Part shown: positions 1-9,644 of the stretch, piece by piece
Numbering within the stretch: position 1 is the first letter of the stretch
Layout of the letters: every line of letters begins with the position of its first letter
NCBI GenBank assembly: GCA_965223795.1
Contig: CBDCXL010000001.1
Coordinates: 576,001-640,000, forward strand
DNA from: Nitrospinales bacterium
Lineage (GTDB): Bacteria > Nitrospinota > Nitrospinia > Nitrospinales > VA-1
Direction: 5' to 3'
Length of the DNA: 64,000 bases
Translations under genes and position numbers: made by a program
Notes under the pieces: generated by a model
What the model was told of the DNA's origin: nothing
The model's input: only the letters and a program-made list of their open reading frames with translations
Databases searched by the model: none

Positions 1-2
1 AA

Positions 3-1484
3 AACCTGCCTGTCACCCAATATCCAGACGCTTTCATCAAACGGCCTTACGATGTGGCTCCGCTGGTCCTGTTCATCCTGGCGGCGCCGATTTTCTGGAA
101 ACTGTACCGCCAGAATTCGAACCTGCTCACGGCATCGCTGATCATCGCCCTCGTCCCAGGAATCGTGCTGGAAGCCCACATGGCGTTCGGCTCGTCCACC
201 CTGTTCGACAATCATTTCAACATCGCCCATTTCCTCAAGATCGTCGCTTACTTCGTGCCCTTCATGGGTCTGGTGCTGGACTACATCGGCACGCACAAGA
301 AATTGACGTTCGTGATCGACGACCTGAAAGTCTCGAACGAAAAGATCAAACGAATCAGCGCAGATCTTGTGGAAAGCCAGCGCCGCGCCTTTGCGATCGT
401 GAGCAACGCCGCAGACGGCATCATCACCATCGATCAGCAAGGCCTCATCGATCAATTCAACACCGCCGCCGAGCGAATTTTCGGTTACAAAGAAGATGAG
501 GTTTTAGGAAAAAACGTGAAGATGCTGATGCCGGAACCCCATCGCAGCGAACACGACGGCTATCTGGCCAATTACCTGAAAACCCGAAATAGCAACATCA
601 TCGGGGTTGAAAGGGAACTCAGCGGACTGAAAAAAGACGGGACTCAGTTTCCCCTGACGATCGCCGTGAGTGAGATCCAAATTGAAAACCATACTCTGTT
701 CACAGGCATCGTGCGGGACATCACCGAGCAGAAAAAAATGGAAAAAGAACGGGTCGATTTGATTGCCAGCCTGCGCGAAACAAACGATGAGCTGGAGGAA
801 TTCGCTTACAGAACCTCGCACGACCTCAAGGCGCCGCTGGTCAATATCCGGGGATTGAGCAACATCATGAAGGAGGATCTGAATGACGGCGACTATGAGG
901 AGGTTTTCACCAACATCGACAAACTCGGCTCCCTGTCCTTGAAACTGGAACATCTCGTGGAAGACATCGTCGAAGTGGCGAAGATCGATCATGCGAACGA
1001 CGCCATTGAAGAAGTGGACGTCGCCGAGGAAGTTAATTTGATCAAAGAAAGCCTCGACACTTTTATTCAGGAAAAACAGGTGGACGTGCGCGTGGTCATT
1101 GAAAGCGCAAAACCCATAAGGGTTCAAAAAAGCATCCTTCAAGGCGTGCTGGAAAACCTGATGTCCAACGCCGTCAAATATTCCGACCCGGAAAAACCCG
1201 AGCGCTTCGTCAAAGTGACCGTTTCGGAATCAAACGGCGGCGCCCGCATCCAGATTTCAGACAACGGGCTCGGCATTCCTCAGGAATACCACGGCCAAAT
1301 GTTCGGCATGTTCAAACGCTTTCACAAACAGTCGTCGTTCGGAAGCGGGCTGGGTCTGTATCTGGTCAAAAAGAATCTCGGCAAGATCAAAGGCACGATC
1401 GGTTTTGAAAGCAGTCCCGAGGGAACCGTGTTCACGATCGACCTTCCCTTTGCAAACCGGAACGCCGCGAAACATTCCTGCTGA
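3..1484 (+). CDS. Membrane-bound PAS-domain sensor histidine kinase (5' truncated by window edge)
   Basis: Frame open from position 3; TM segments, PAS (DGIITID...FNTAAERIFGY), H-box SHDLKAPL, N-box ENLMSNAVKY, G-boxes DNGLGI and GSGLGL. Confidence 0.95.
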   Translation, partial: NLPVTQYPDAFIKRPYDVAPLVLFILAAPIFWKLYRQNSNLLTASLIIALVPGIVLEAHMAFGSSTLFDNHFNIAHFLKIVAYFVPFMGLVLDYIGTHKKLTFVIDDLKVSNEKIKRISADLVESQRRAFAIVSNAADGIITIDQQGLIDQFNTAAERIFGYKEDEVLGKNVKMLMPEPHRSEHDGYLANYLKTRNSNIIGVERELSGLKKDGTQFPLTIAVSEIQIENHTLFTGIVRDITEQKKMEKERVDLIASLRETNDELEEFAYRTSHDLKAPLVNIRGLSNIMKEDLNDGDYEEVFTNIDKLGSLSLKLEHLVEDIVEVAKIDHANDAIEEVDVAEEVNLIKESLDTFIQEKQVDVRVVIESAKPIRVQKSILQGVLENLMSNAVKYSDPEKPERFVKVTVSESNGGARIQISDNGLGIPQEYHGQMFGMFKRFHKQSSFGSGLGLYLVKKNLGKIKGTIGFESSPEGTVFTIDLPFANRNAAKHSC

Positions 1485-1486
1485 TC

Positions 1487-1897
1487 TCATTCCACCATTT
1501 TTATAATGGTGTCCAGGTATTCGGCGGTGAACGGCTTGACGAAATAGCCTTTCACTTCAGCGAAATTGGAAGCCTTTTCCTTATCTTTATCCTGGTTGGA
1601 GGAAGTCAGCATCATGACGATCGCGCTTTGCTTTATTTCCAGCGGCAGTTTGGCGTATTCCTGCAAAAACTCGAATCCGTCCATGCGCGGCATGTTGATG
1701 TCCAGGATGATGGCCACCGGCGGGAAATTTCCGTCGAATTTCTTTTTGCTCTCTTCCAATTGCTTGAAGTGATCGATCGCTTCCTGTCCGTCTTCAAAGG
1801 AATAAAACGTTTCGACCAGTCCGGACTTTTTGATGATTCTGCTGACCTGATACACGTCGATCTCATTGTCATCCACCATACACAGTGATTTCAGCAT
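1487..1897 (-). CDS. Single-domain response regulator receiver
   Basis: MVDDN, LDINMPRMDGFEFL, MLTSS and KP motifs. Confidence 0.93.
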   Translation of the reverse strand: MLKSLCMVDDNEIDVYQVSRIIKKSGLVETFYSFEDGQEAIDHFKQLEESKKKFDGNFPPVAIILDINMPRMDGFEFLQEYAKLPLEIKQSAIVMMLTSSNQDKDKEKASNFAEVKGYFVKPFTAEYLDTIIKMVE

Positions 1898-2156
1898 CGT
1901 GCCCCTCCATTCAGGTCTGAAATTTTAATAGAATCTGACTCTTCGCAGGTGACGAAACAATCAATTGGGTCAGGATCAGAGAATTTTTGAACTAAAGGGA
2001 AGAAAGGCCGGAAGCTGCGCGACACCGGTATGGACCGCATCCGGCCGATTAAGGAAGCATATACAATGAACGGATTAAAGTAAACCACCCGGCGTGAAGA
2101 AATCATCCGGACGGACAAGGCGCGCGGGCCGTCTTGAGTCCGCACGCGTTAAGGCT

Positions 2157-2636
2157 TCAGTGGGTGTGCAGTGAGATGTCGATCTGCTTGCCGGTTTCTT
2201 TGAACGCGAACACCGCTTCGGCGTAATCGGGGGCGCCGAAATACGAGACGGGGTTGTTGGAGATGCCGATGGCCTCCCGGGGAATGCCGAGAAAGCCCCG
2301 GGTCATTTCGCCGCTGTTGTCCGCATCGTGAACGACGGTCACCACGTATTCGCCAAATGCGACGCCTTCGATCACGATTTCCATGATTTCATGCGTGACC
2401 TCTCCGGTGACGGAGCGCACCGCCTTGCTGGAATCGAGAGGATAGCCCTCCTCGGAATCGAATATATTGACGATGAACTGCCCGCTGCCGCTTTTGAATC
2501 CTTTCGCCATGACGACGAGTTTGCCGGCAGTGTTTGCCTTGCCGGTTTTCGGCTCCGCCTGCGCCGAACCCGCAAGCGTCAGCAAAACGGCGAGCCCCAA
2601 CAGGGCGTGTATCCCTGAAACTATCTTTTTAAGCAC
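2157..2636 (-). CDS. DUF2141-like secreted protein
   Basis: GTG start after GGAGGT; signal peptide; GEY..V.HDADNSGEM...LGIPREAIGISNNP...GAP motif. Confidence 0.8.
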   Translation of the reverse strand: MLKKIVSGIHALLGLAVLLTLAGSAQAEPKTGKANTAGKLVVMAKGFKSGSGQFIVNIFDSEEGYPLDSSKAVRSVTGEVTHEIMEIVIEGVAFGEYVVTVVHDADNSGEMTRGFLGIPREAIGISNNPVSYFGAPDYAEAVFAFKETGKQIDISLHTH

Positions 2637-3027
2637 GTTCACCTCCCGATCGATGTCCATTGAGATCCTGGGGATCCCCTCTTGTTGAGATAAAAAGCAT
2701 AGCACGCATTGACGCCGAACCTGCCTCAATCCGCTGATTTTTCCTTCTGTCCCCGCGGCAGTCACGCATTCCGTATTCCGGCCGGATGCCGGAATCGTCG
2801 GGCGGATGAACGGGAAGCTGTGTACCCGGCCCTGGTCCCGGACCGGGTTCCCTACTCCTAAGTTCGTGTTGCCAAACGGCCTTCGCCGATCCCTAAGGAT
2901 CGCGGCCGGCGGGATTCGCGGCGTTGGCGAATACCCGTCATCAAGTTGCAATATAGAATAGAAATTTTCTTACAAATTTGGGATAATTTGACATTCGTCT
3001 CATCCGGAACATACGAGCCCAACGATC

Positions 3028-4155
3028 ATGACGCACTCACGACAAACCCAAGAAGGCCCTGTAGTCAAACGGATTCTGAGTTGTCTGCTGTTCCTGGCGG
3101 TGTTCGCCGCCCCGGCGCTGACGCCTTCGGCCGCCGCCAATACCTTCGACGATGAAATGTACTGGTCGGGCGACACGGACGATTTTCAATCCAACAGCCT
3201 GTCCGCGGCCGAGCCGGACCGCAATAATTTTGAGGAACCGGAAGTCGAAATGGAACTGGAAACGGATGCAGAGCCCACGCCCGAATACCGCAAGGCCCAG
3301 TTCCGCAAGATCATCGCCGTATCCCGGTTCGAAAACCGCACCACCGCGGCGGGGCAGATCAACCTGGGCAGCGGCATGTCGGACCAGCTCACCAACGCGC
3401 TGGTGCAGAGCGACAATTTCATCGTCCTGGAGCGGCAGGGGCTGGCGGACGTGCTGAAAGAACAGGATTTCGCCCGCAGCGGCCGCGCGGCGCAAGGTTC
3501 CGTGGCACGTACCGGGCAGGCCATCTCCGCGCAGATTCTCATCAAGGGAACGGTCACGGAATTCGCGGAAAACGAGGCGGGCGGCGGCGCCGGCATCAGC
3601 TTCAAGGGTTTCACCGTGGGCACCGAGAGCGTCGAATCCCATGTGGCGCTCATCCTGCGCATCATCGACACCACCACCGGGCAGGTGCTGGATTCCGTAC
3701 GGCTGGAAGGCAAGGCCAAGGGTTCCGGATATAAGTTCGGGGTGGCCTACATGGGCTTCGGGTTCGACGCGGAAAAATTCAAAAACACCGCCCTGAGCAA
3801 GGCCGTGCAGCTTGTGATCGACAACGCCGTCGAAATGATCGCCAACAATCTCAACGAACTGCCGTTTGAGGGGAAAATCGTCAAGGTGAAGGACGACACC
3901 TATTACACCAACATCGGCGCACGCAACCGGGTGTCGGGGGGCGATGTGTTCGATGTGTATTCCCCGGAAGATGAACTGATCGACCCGGACACCGGCGAAA
4001 ACCTCGGCTCGCTGCGCAAAAAGGTGGGCACCGTGGTGATTTCCATGCCGGAAGAAAAGTATTCCAAGGCATTCGCCAGCCAGGGGCAGGCTTTCAAGAA
4101 AGGCTATATCCTGCGCGAACGGCCGCAGGACCGGGAGTTCGCGGAAAACTTCTGA
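3028..4155 (+). CDS. CsgG/HfaB-family protein with FlgT-like C-terminal domain
   Basis: IAVSRFEN...L..ALV...F.VLERQGL..VLKEQ...ILIKGTVTEF core; C-terminal NIGA...GDVFDVY...LIDPDTGE.LG. Confidence 0.8.
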   Translation: MTHSRQTQEGPVVKRILSCLLFLAVFAAPALTPSAAANTFDDEMYWSGDTDDFQSNSLSAAEPDRNNFEEPEVEMELETDAEPTPEYRKAQFRKIIAVSRFENRTTAAGQINLGSGMSDQLTNALVQSDNFIVLERQGLADVLKEQDFARSGRAAQGSVARTGQAISAQILIKGTVTEFAENEAGGGAGISFKGFTVGTESVESHVALILRIIDTTTGQVLDSVRLEGKAKGSGYKFGVAYMGFGFDAEKFKNTALSKAVQLVIDNAVEMIANNLNELPFEGKIVKVKDDTYYTNIGARNRVSGGDVFDVYSPEDELIDPDTGENLGSLRKKVGTVVISMPEEKYSKAFASQGQAFKKGYILRERPQDREFAENF

Positions 4156-4163
4156 TCCCGGGC

Positions 4164-4191
4164 AAAAAAAACCGGGCCCTTGCGGGCCCGG
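4164..4191 (-). terminator. Rho-independent terminator
   Basis: Minus strand CCGGGCCC-GCAA-GGGCCCGG followed by T8, between convergent genes. Confidence 0.8.
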
Positions 4192-4197
4192 AAGATG

Positions 4198-4632
4198 TCA
4201 CCTCACCGTCGTCTGCGGCCGGGTGACCGTCACCTCGGGCCGCGATTCCAGGTTGCGGGGCGGCGGCGGAACGGCGTAGAGATCGTCCTCTTCCTCATCA
4301 TCCTGCAATTGCTCATCCAGGTCGACCGGTTCCGGCTCAGCGTGTTTCCAGCGGTTGAGCGCCTTTTGCCGGCATTTCACGCGCATTTCTTTTAGTTCGA
4401 GACGGCACTGGGATTTGGCCTTGCCAAATTTGGAACGGCAGTCCCTGGCTTTGACGCTCAGCTTGTGCCCGGTGCAATCCTGTATTCTCGCTTCGAACTC
4501 CGGCAATTTTTCCCTTTGGAACAACGTCTGAGCCAACAGGATCGGCTCATGGTTTGTCTCGGCGCTGACGGGAACAACGCAAAGCCCCATCATCAAGCTA
4601 AAAGCAATATTCACTGCGATCCACGGACGCAT
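4198..4632 (-). CDS. Hypothetical secreted protein (4 Cys in mature part, acidic tail)
   Basis: Signal peptide MRPWIAVNIAFSLMMGLCVVPVSA; terminator immediately downstream; start uncertain. Confidence 0.55.
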   Translation of the reverse strand: MRPWIAVNIAFSLMMGLCVVPVSAETNHEPILLAQTLFQREKLPEFEARIQDCTGHKLSVKARDCRSKFGKAKSQCRLELKEMRVKCRQKALNRWKHAEPEPVDLDEQLQDDEEEDDLYAVPPPPRNLESRPEVTVTRPQTTVR

Positions 4633-5090
4633 TTCATTCTCCCAAGCCGAAAGGTTGTCTGCAGAAATCGTATTCCGGCACATACGGATACGCGCTGCGG
4701 GTGTTGCCTGTCCTATTATTTTAGCGTTTTGATGCGGGTTTGACGCGCTTTTCTTTCGCTCCTCCGCGCAATTGCCTCGATCCGGGTAGGCCGCAATCAA
4801 ATATGCCTCCATTTTTCAATAGCATGCCCAGCAATTTCGACACAGGGGAAAACCGCCGCACAGGGAGCTTTTACCCTTACGAAGCGGTGCACGAATGAAC
4901 TTAAATTTAACAAAGTTTGTGATAAAAGTCCTAATATTATGTGATTTTTTACCTCGGCATCGAACGCGCATGCCCCTATAGTGAGGGCGGAGAAAAAGAC
5001 TGGAAATCGGGGACATCGGATCGCGAGGCCTCTGCGAGGCAGCCGGATGCAAGGGATTCCACCCCCGCAGATCAGTGAGGAGGAAACGCC

Positions 5091-5327
5091 ATGGAAACGG
5101 CAAAATCAATCAGGGGGACGGCTTTTCCAGCCCAGGCCGACACCCGGGTGGACGCCATGCAATTTCTGCAAATGTTCACCGAAATCTTCAAACGCACTGA
5201 CGACGACAGCCGCCCGGCAAGCGGAAAGACGTTCACCCAAAACAGCTGCGCCGGGAAAGCGGTGCGGCAGCACCGGGAAATCCGTCTCGCCCTCAAAACA
5301 CCCCGGCACGACCTGCTGCCGGAGTGA
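5091..5327 (+). CDS. Small hypothetical protein
   Basis: Strong RBS GAGGAGG upstream; ends 6 nt before the next ATG. Confidence 0.45.
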   Translation: METAKSIRGTAFPAQADTRVDAMQFLQMFTEIFKRTDDDSRPASGKTFTQNSCAGKAVRQHREIRLALKTPRHDLLPE

Positions 5328-5333
5328 GGCCCG

Positions 5334-6416
5334 ATGTTCCGTCAACTGGCAGGCCCCACGGAAAAAGGCGCGGACAGACTGTTCCGTCAGCATCCGCTGG
5401 AGTTGAACGCGCTTTTGGAGCAATCCTGGAAGCTCGGCATCCGCGGCTGTCCCGATCATGCTCATCCGTTGAACCGGGGAATTCTGGAAGGGATGCCGGA
5501 CCGCTGGCTCGCCTCCGCAAAGCTGGGCCCGAATCCGGAACCCCCCGTTGCCGGGAAACGTGAGGCGAAGCCGGTCCTCTGGGATCACCTCATCTACGCG
5601 TTCATGATCGAAAACACCGGGATCTACGAGGTCTTCCGCAAAGTGCTGCACGCCTATCTGCACGGTGAGGAACTGGGCTTTCCCCTGGAAGACGCCGTGC
5701 CCTGGCTGCGCAGCACGGAGGCGCTGTTCTACCAGAACGGCCCGCCGTTTTTCATTCATTCCCTGACCAGCACGATCCGGCCCAGCCTGTGCTCCAGCCG
5801 CCGCGGGGCGTATTACCGCATGTTCGGCATCGAATTGAGCCACCCAGGAGAATCCGACCGTTCTTTCGAAAAAGCCAAAGAGGCGAACACGCAGTTCGGG
5901 TTCACGTTCGAGGAATTTCTGCGGGAAGTGTGGGTGGGCATGAATGAAGTGCAGGGAAGCGAGGACCGGCAGACCAGCGACCGCAAGATCGCTTCGCTGG
6001 CCCGGAAGCTGCGCGGCATGCTGTCGATGCGCCGAAGCGGCGGGAACCTGGCGCGCGAGGAGTTTTTTTTCGTCTCCATGATGTCCTGGTTCCACCTGAC
6101 GCTGGAATACGATTCCCCCATCGTCCGCACTCTGGGCGCGCAGGCGGCGAGCCCGGGCAGGCGTCTGCAACGCATCGCCGAAAAGGTGGGCGTCCCGGCG
6201 CACGCGCTGGCGGCGGATTTTTTCGACATCGCGGACGCGATCTCGAGGATTCTGCTGCAGATCGAAACCGGTACCTACGACCATGCCGAGGCCGCGCCGG
6301 CGCTGTACATTCCCGTGCAGGGCGGCGGTCCCGAACAGGACATCCGCACCATCATCACGCACTGGTCCATCACCCACCTGCACGCGCTCAAGTTCGACAA
6401 AGTGCCGGCGAACTGA
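5334..6416 (+). CDS. Uncharacterised 360-aa cytoplasmic protein
   Basis: Long ORF with typical GC3 bias; motif-like blocks LWDHLIYAFMIENTG, RRGAYYRMFG, LAREEFFFVSMMSWFHLT; no family recognised. Confidence 0.8.
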   Translation: MFRQLAGPTEKGADRLFRQHPLELNALLEQSWKLGIRGCPDHAHPLNRGILEGMPDRWLASAKLGPNPEPPVAGKREAKPVLWDHLIYAFMIENTGIYEVFRKVLHAYLHGEELGFPLEDAVPWLRSTEALFYQNGPPFFIHSLTSTIRPSLCSSRRGAYYRMFGIELSHPGESDRSFEKAKEANTQFGFTFEEFLREVWVGMNEVQGSEDRQTSDRKIASLARKLRGMLSMRRSGGNLAREEFFFVSMMSWFHLTLEYDSPIVRTLGAQAASPGRRLQRIAEKVGVPAHALAADFFDIADAISRILLQIETGTYDHAEAAPALYIPVQGGGPEQDIRTIITHWSITHLHALKFDKVPAN

Positions 6417-6425
6417 GAGAGTCGT

Positions 6426-7010
6426 TCAGCTTTTGCTCTTGTCCAGCTTTGTGATCTTGGAGCCTTCCAGGGTGAGGTTGTACATGAGGCCCTGCTGACC
6501 GAACACGAAAGCCACGATCGGATCCTTGACATTGACCGTGTCGAGCGAATCCCCCAGGCCGACCTTGATCAACGCCACCGAACCGTCCACGCCCACTTTC
6601 CAGCCTTCGCTGGTGCGGAAATTTTTGAGCGCGTCGTTTTCCATGAACACCAGCATCACGGTCTTCGCCTGCGCTCCCAGTTGAAAGCCGAACGACGCCG
6701 CGACGGTGTTGTAGTAATCGACGGTTTTCCCGTTGATGCGCAATGCGCCCTCGCCGTATTCCCCGCCGATGCCGATGCCGGCCTTGATCACGGTGGGAAA
6801 GACGAGCACGCCTTTGGCTCCTTTCAGAAAGGCCTCGCTGCCCTTGATCTCTTTTTTGAATTTGTTCAGGGCTTCGGTCACCTCGGTGTCGATTTCCTCG
6901 GCGGTTTTGGCCGCGGCGGTGCTCACAAACACCCCGGCGAGCAGCCAGGCGGCAAAAAACGGAACGACGACGAACAGGACAGCCCAATGCAAACGCGATG
7001 CTTGTTTCAT
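6426..7010 (-). CDS. YSC84/SYLF lipid-binding domain protein
   Basis: AKGVLVFP.VIKAGIGIGGEYGEGAL, SFGFQLGAQ, GLMYNLTLEGSKI; signal peptide. Confidence 0.88.
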   Translation of the reverse strand: MKQASRLHWAVLFVVVPFFAAWLLAGVFVSTAAAKTAEEIDTEVTEALNKFKKEIKGSEAFLKGAKGVLVFPTVIKAGIGIGGEYGEGALRINGKTVDYYNTVAASFGFQLGAQAKTVMLVFMENDALKNFRTSEGWKVGVDGSVALIKVGLGDSLDTVNVKDPIVAFVFGQQGLMYNLTLEGSKITKLDKSKS

Positions 7011-7045
7011 AATCAATGCCTCCTTTCAACCTCGAATACACACAC

Positions 7046-7297
7046 TCAGGACCTCTTCAAAAGGCCCACCACGAACAACAAGGCAATGGCTCCGGCGGTG
7101 GCCATCACCAGCGCCCCCACGAACCCGCCGGCCGAAATTCCCAGAATGCTGAATAAAAATCCGCCGAAGTAAGCGCCGAGGACACCGATCACCAGATCGC
7201 CCACCAGCCCGAAACCGCGGCCTTTCATCACCTTGCCGGCGATCAGCCCGGCCAGCACACCGATGATCAAAAACGCAATCAAGCCCATTCCGTCCAT
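7046..7297 (-). CDS. GlsB/YeaQ/YmgE family (transglycosylase-associated) membrane protein
   Basis: 83 aa; IIG.LAG.IAGK.MKG.G.GL.GD..IGV.GA..GG pattern. Confidence 0.9.
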   Translation of the reverse strand: MDGMGLIAFLIIGVLAGLIAGKVMKGRGFGLVGDLVIGVLGAYFGGFLFSILGISAGGFVGALVMATAGAIALLFVVGLLKRS

Positions 7298-7684
7298 GTT
7301 TTTCTCCAGGAAGGGATTCGAGAATCTTCACCTGACCTGTGCCCTGTTTCGGTCAGCTTACAATGAATTTCTAAAATTTCATAATGAATCGATGTAACCG
7401 GCAATTTTTTAAAATTTTACATTTTCCAAAGGGCGGACCGGGACGTGCTGGAAGCGGCGAGTCCCGGCGGCGCCAGCCTGCGGGCGGTCCGCTACTCAGC
7501 ATGTAGCATTGCGATGCCGGGCTCATCACGTTTCCGGGGGGCGTCCCGCTCGCCGCATCCAGCGGGGAGATCGTGGGAGGCATCGGTATCTCGGGATCGA
7601 TCGTGGAGAACGATCCTGCGGTTGCGGCGGCGGGCGCACAGATCCTGTTGCCATAAGTCAGTTACGATGTTTGGGAAGAAAAAC

Positions 7685-7721
7685 AAAAACCCGGCGGGGT
7701 GCTCACCCGCGCCGGGTTTTT
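7685..7721. terminator. Bidirectional terminator downstream of csgG
   Basis: AAAAACCCGGCG...CGCCGGGTTTTT. Confidence 0.75.
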
Positions 7722-7784
7722 ATTGCGGGATCCGGGTCAGGCCGGAATCGGTGCCTGCCTTGACCCCGCGGAAGGGCCTGTGCT

Positions 7785-7818
7785 GCCACCCTGAGCCCTT
7801 CGCCAAGCTCAGGATGAC
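7785..7818. repeat. REP-like palindrome
   Basis: GCCACCCTGAGC-CCTTCGCCAA-GCTCAGGATGAC; related copy at 50113-50137. Confidence 0.55.
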
Positions 7819-7876
7819 TGCTCAGAACAAACCTTTCGAACGGAAAACCCGCCGGATTGCATAGTGCGGCGGCGGG

Positions 7877-9016
7877 TTACGGGTTGCGGACGGACTGGCT
7901 CACCTGCTTGATGGCGTGGTATTTCCTGGGAGCGGGATTGGAAGCGGGCTGGGTGATTTTCGCCCGGCGGGACACTTTTCTCAGGTACTGCCCCTGACTG
8001 CCCGTGGTCACTTTCTTCGCCACGGTCTGGGGTTTCTGCTGTGCTTGCCGCTGCGCCGTGGTTTCCGGTTCTTTCTCTTTCTCCAGGTCCTTGCGCCGTT
8101 TGAGGCCGACGATCTGGCCTTCGGGATTGAATTCCGCCACCAGCTCCTCGTCCTTTTCTTCCAGGTACCGGTCGAGGTGCGGCTTGATGAGCGACGCATC
8201 GGCGAACGTCCACAGGTTGCTGGTGATGCCTTCCATGATCATGCTGTAGACGCCTTTTTCGATGGCTTCCATGACCGCCATCTGCGGCGGCTCGTTGGTG
8301 GTGAGGCCGACCTCCGCCTCAAGCAGGCGGTTGAGCTCGACAAAGCGGAAGAAGGTGCCGTCCAGGCTGGCGGAGAAGATGGTTTTGCTGGTGTGCACGG
8401 TGTGCAGGATTTTGCCGCGCTTGACGGACACGGCGCGCAGGAAGATGCTCACGGTGTCGCGGCGGAATTCGGTGGAGCCACCGGCGCCGAAATAACGCGC
8501 ACCGAGCCCGCCGGTCAGCAGGTTGGTTTCGTAGGCGATGACGCCGCCTTCGAGCATGATGGGCGCGTACAGCAGCGGCGGCAGGGAGGGAGGCGGGGTG
8601 CCGTCTTTTTCCCCGTCTTTTTTCTGGCTGTAGCGTTTGCGGGTCTGGCGGATGATCTTGCGTTCGTTGAGCAGGTTGTTCAGGCCCTCGCGCTCAAGCA
8701 CGGTGAACCACTTGCCGCCGCCGGCGTCCTGCAGCGCCTTGATCAGCATGGAGGTGGCGCCCTGGGTCACGGCGGTGGAGTACTGCAATACGGTGTCGCT
8801 GGATTTGTACTGGCCGGTCTGGTCGCGGAATTTATAGACCACCACGACGACCGGTTGCTCGGGCGGCGGCAGGGACACGAGGTCTTCATAGACCTGAGAT
8901 TTGTAACCGACGATGGCCTTTCCGGAGCGCATGGGCTGGAAAAACGTTGAACAGGCCGGCAAAACCACAATCAACAGGAGCGCCAGCGCCACGATACCGT
9001 TCCGTTTGTTTCTCAT
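7877..9016 (-). CDS. csgG: Curli secretion channel lipoprotein CsgG
   Basis: Lipobox LPAC; VYKFRDQTGQYK, STAVTQGATSML, WFTVLEREGLNNLLNERKIIR, GGLGARYFGAG, EAEVGLTTNEP. Confidence 0.96.
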   Translation of the reverse strand: MRNKRNGIVALALLLIVVLPACSTFFQPMRSGKAIVGYKSQVYEDLVSLPPPEQPVVVVVYKFRDQTGQYKSSDTVLQYSTAVTQGATSMLIKALQDAGGGKWFTVLEREGLNNLLNERKIIRQTRKRYSQKKDGEKDGTPPPSLPPLLYAPIMLEGGVIAYETNLLTGGLGARYFGAGGSTEFRRDTVSIFLRAVSVKRGKILHTVHTSKTIFSASLDGTFFRFVELNRLLEAEVGLTTNEPPQMAVMEAIEKGVYSMIMEGITSNLWTFADASLIKPHLDRYLEEKDEELVAEFNPEGQIVGLKRRKDLEKEKEPETTAQRQAQQKPQTVAKKVTTGSQGQYLRKVSRRAKITQPASNPAPRKYHAIKQVSQSVRNP

Positions 9017-9227
9017 CCTCATCTCCCCCCAATTTAGAAAATAGGAAATCCCTCCTTCAGGCAGGCACGGAATTCCGGCTCCACCGCACTCCGCCGGGCT
9101 GCGTCTCTCCGTCACAGCCTTTAAATTCTCTCCTCAAATCGGCCAATATCCGGCCTCGAACTCCCGGCCGGACATCCAGGTGTTCGAGGCCGGTATCAGC
9201 GCTCCTCCTCCACTGCTCCTCTATGCT

Positions 9228-9632
9228 TTAAAACGTCGGCACCAGAACCGTGGTGGCGTCTCCGGTGGCCTGGTCGATGACGGAAATGGACACTTCGCCG
9301 CCGTTGTCCTGCACGGACAACTGGAAATTGCCGACGTCGAAATCGCCGGTGGGAACGCCGTCCTCATCGCCGAAAATTCCGTCCACGATTTCATTGGAAA
9401 GCCGGTTCAGGATGGACCGGTTCAGCCGGTCCTCGAAATCCTCCAGCACGGATTCCTCTTCGGCGGCCTCCTCGAATTCATTCTGGGCGTTGGCCTGGCT
9501 CAGCAGGGGAGCCGCATTGAAAGGATTGCCGCCAAAGGTGGGATTTTCGAAACGGTGTGATAATTCCGAGGCGTCCGCCGCATTCACAGCCGCCGCGAGA
9601 CACAAACCTGTCAGTATCGTCCATTGTTTCAC
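9228..9632 (-). CDS. csgF: Curli assembly protein CsgF
   Basis: Signal peptide, then SEL..RF.NPTFGGNPFN...LLSQANAQN; GTG start with GGAGGT. Confidence 0.95.
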   Translation of the reverse strand: MKQWTILTGLCLAAAVNAADASELSHRFENPTFGGNPFNAAPLLSQANAQNEFEEAAEEESVLEDFEDRLNRSILNRLSNEIVDGIFGDEDGVPTGDFDVGNFQLSVQDNGGEVSISVIDQATGDATTVLVPTF

Positions 9633-9644
9633 CTGATCACCTCC

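Noticed and set aside
7371..7864. Several short overlapping ORFs between the GlsB-like gene and csgG
   Set aside because: No RBS, motif or coding-like composition; region contains a terminator and a REP-like hairpin
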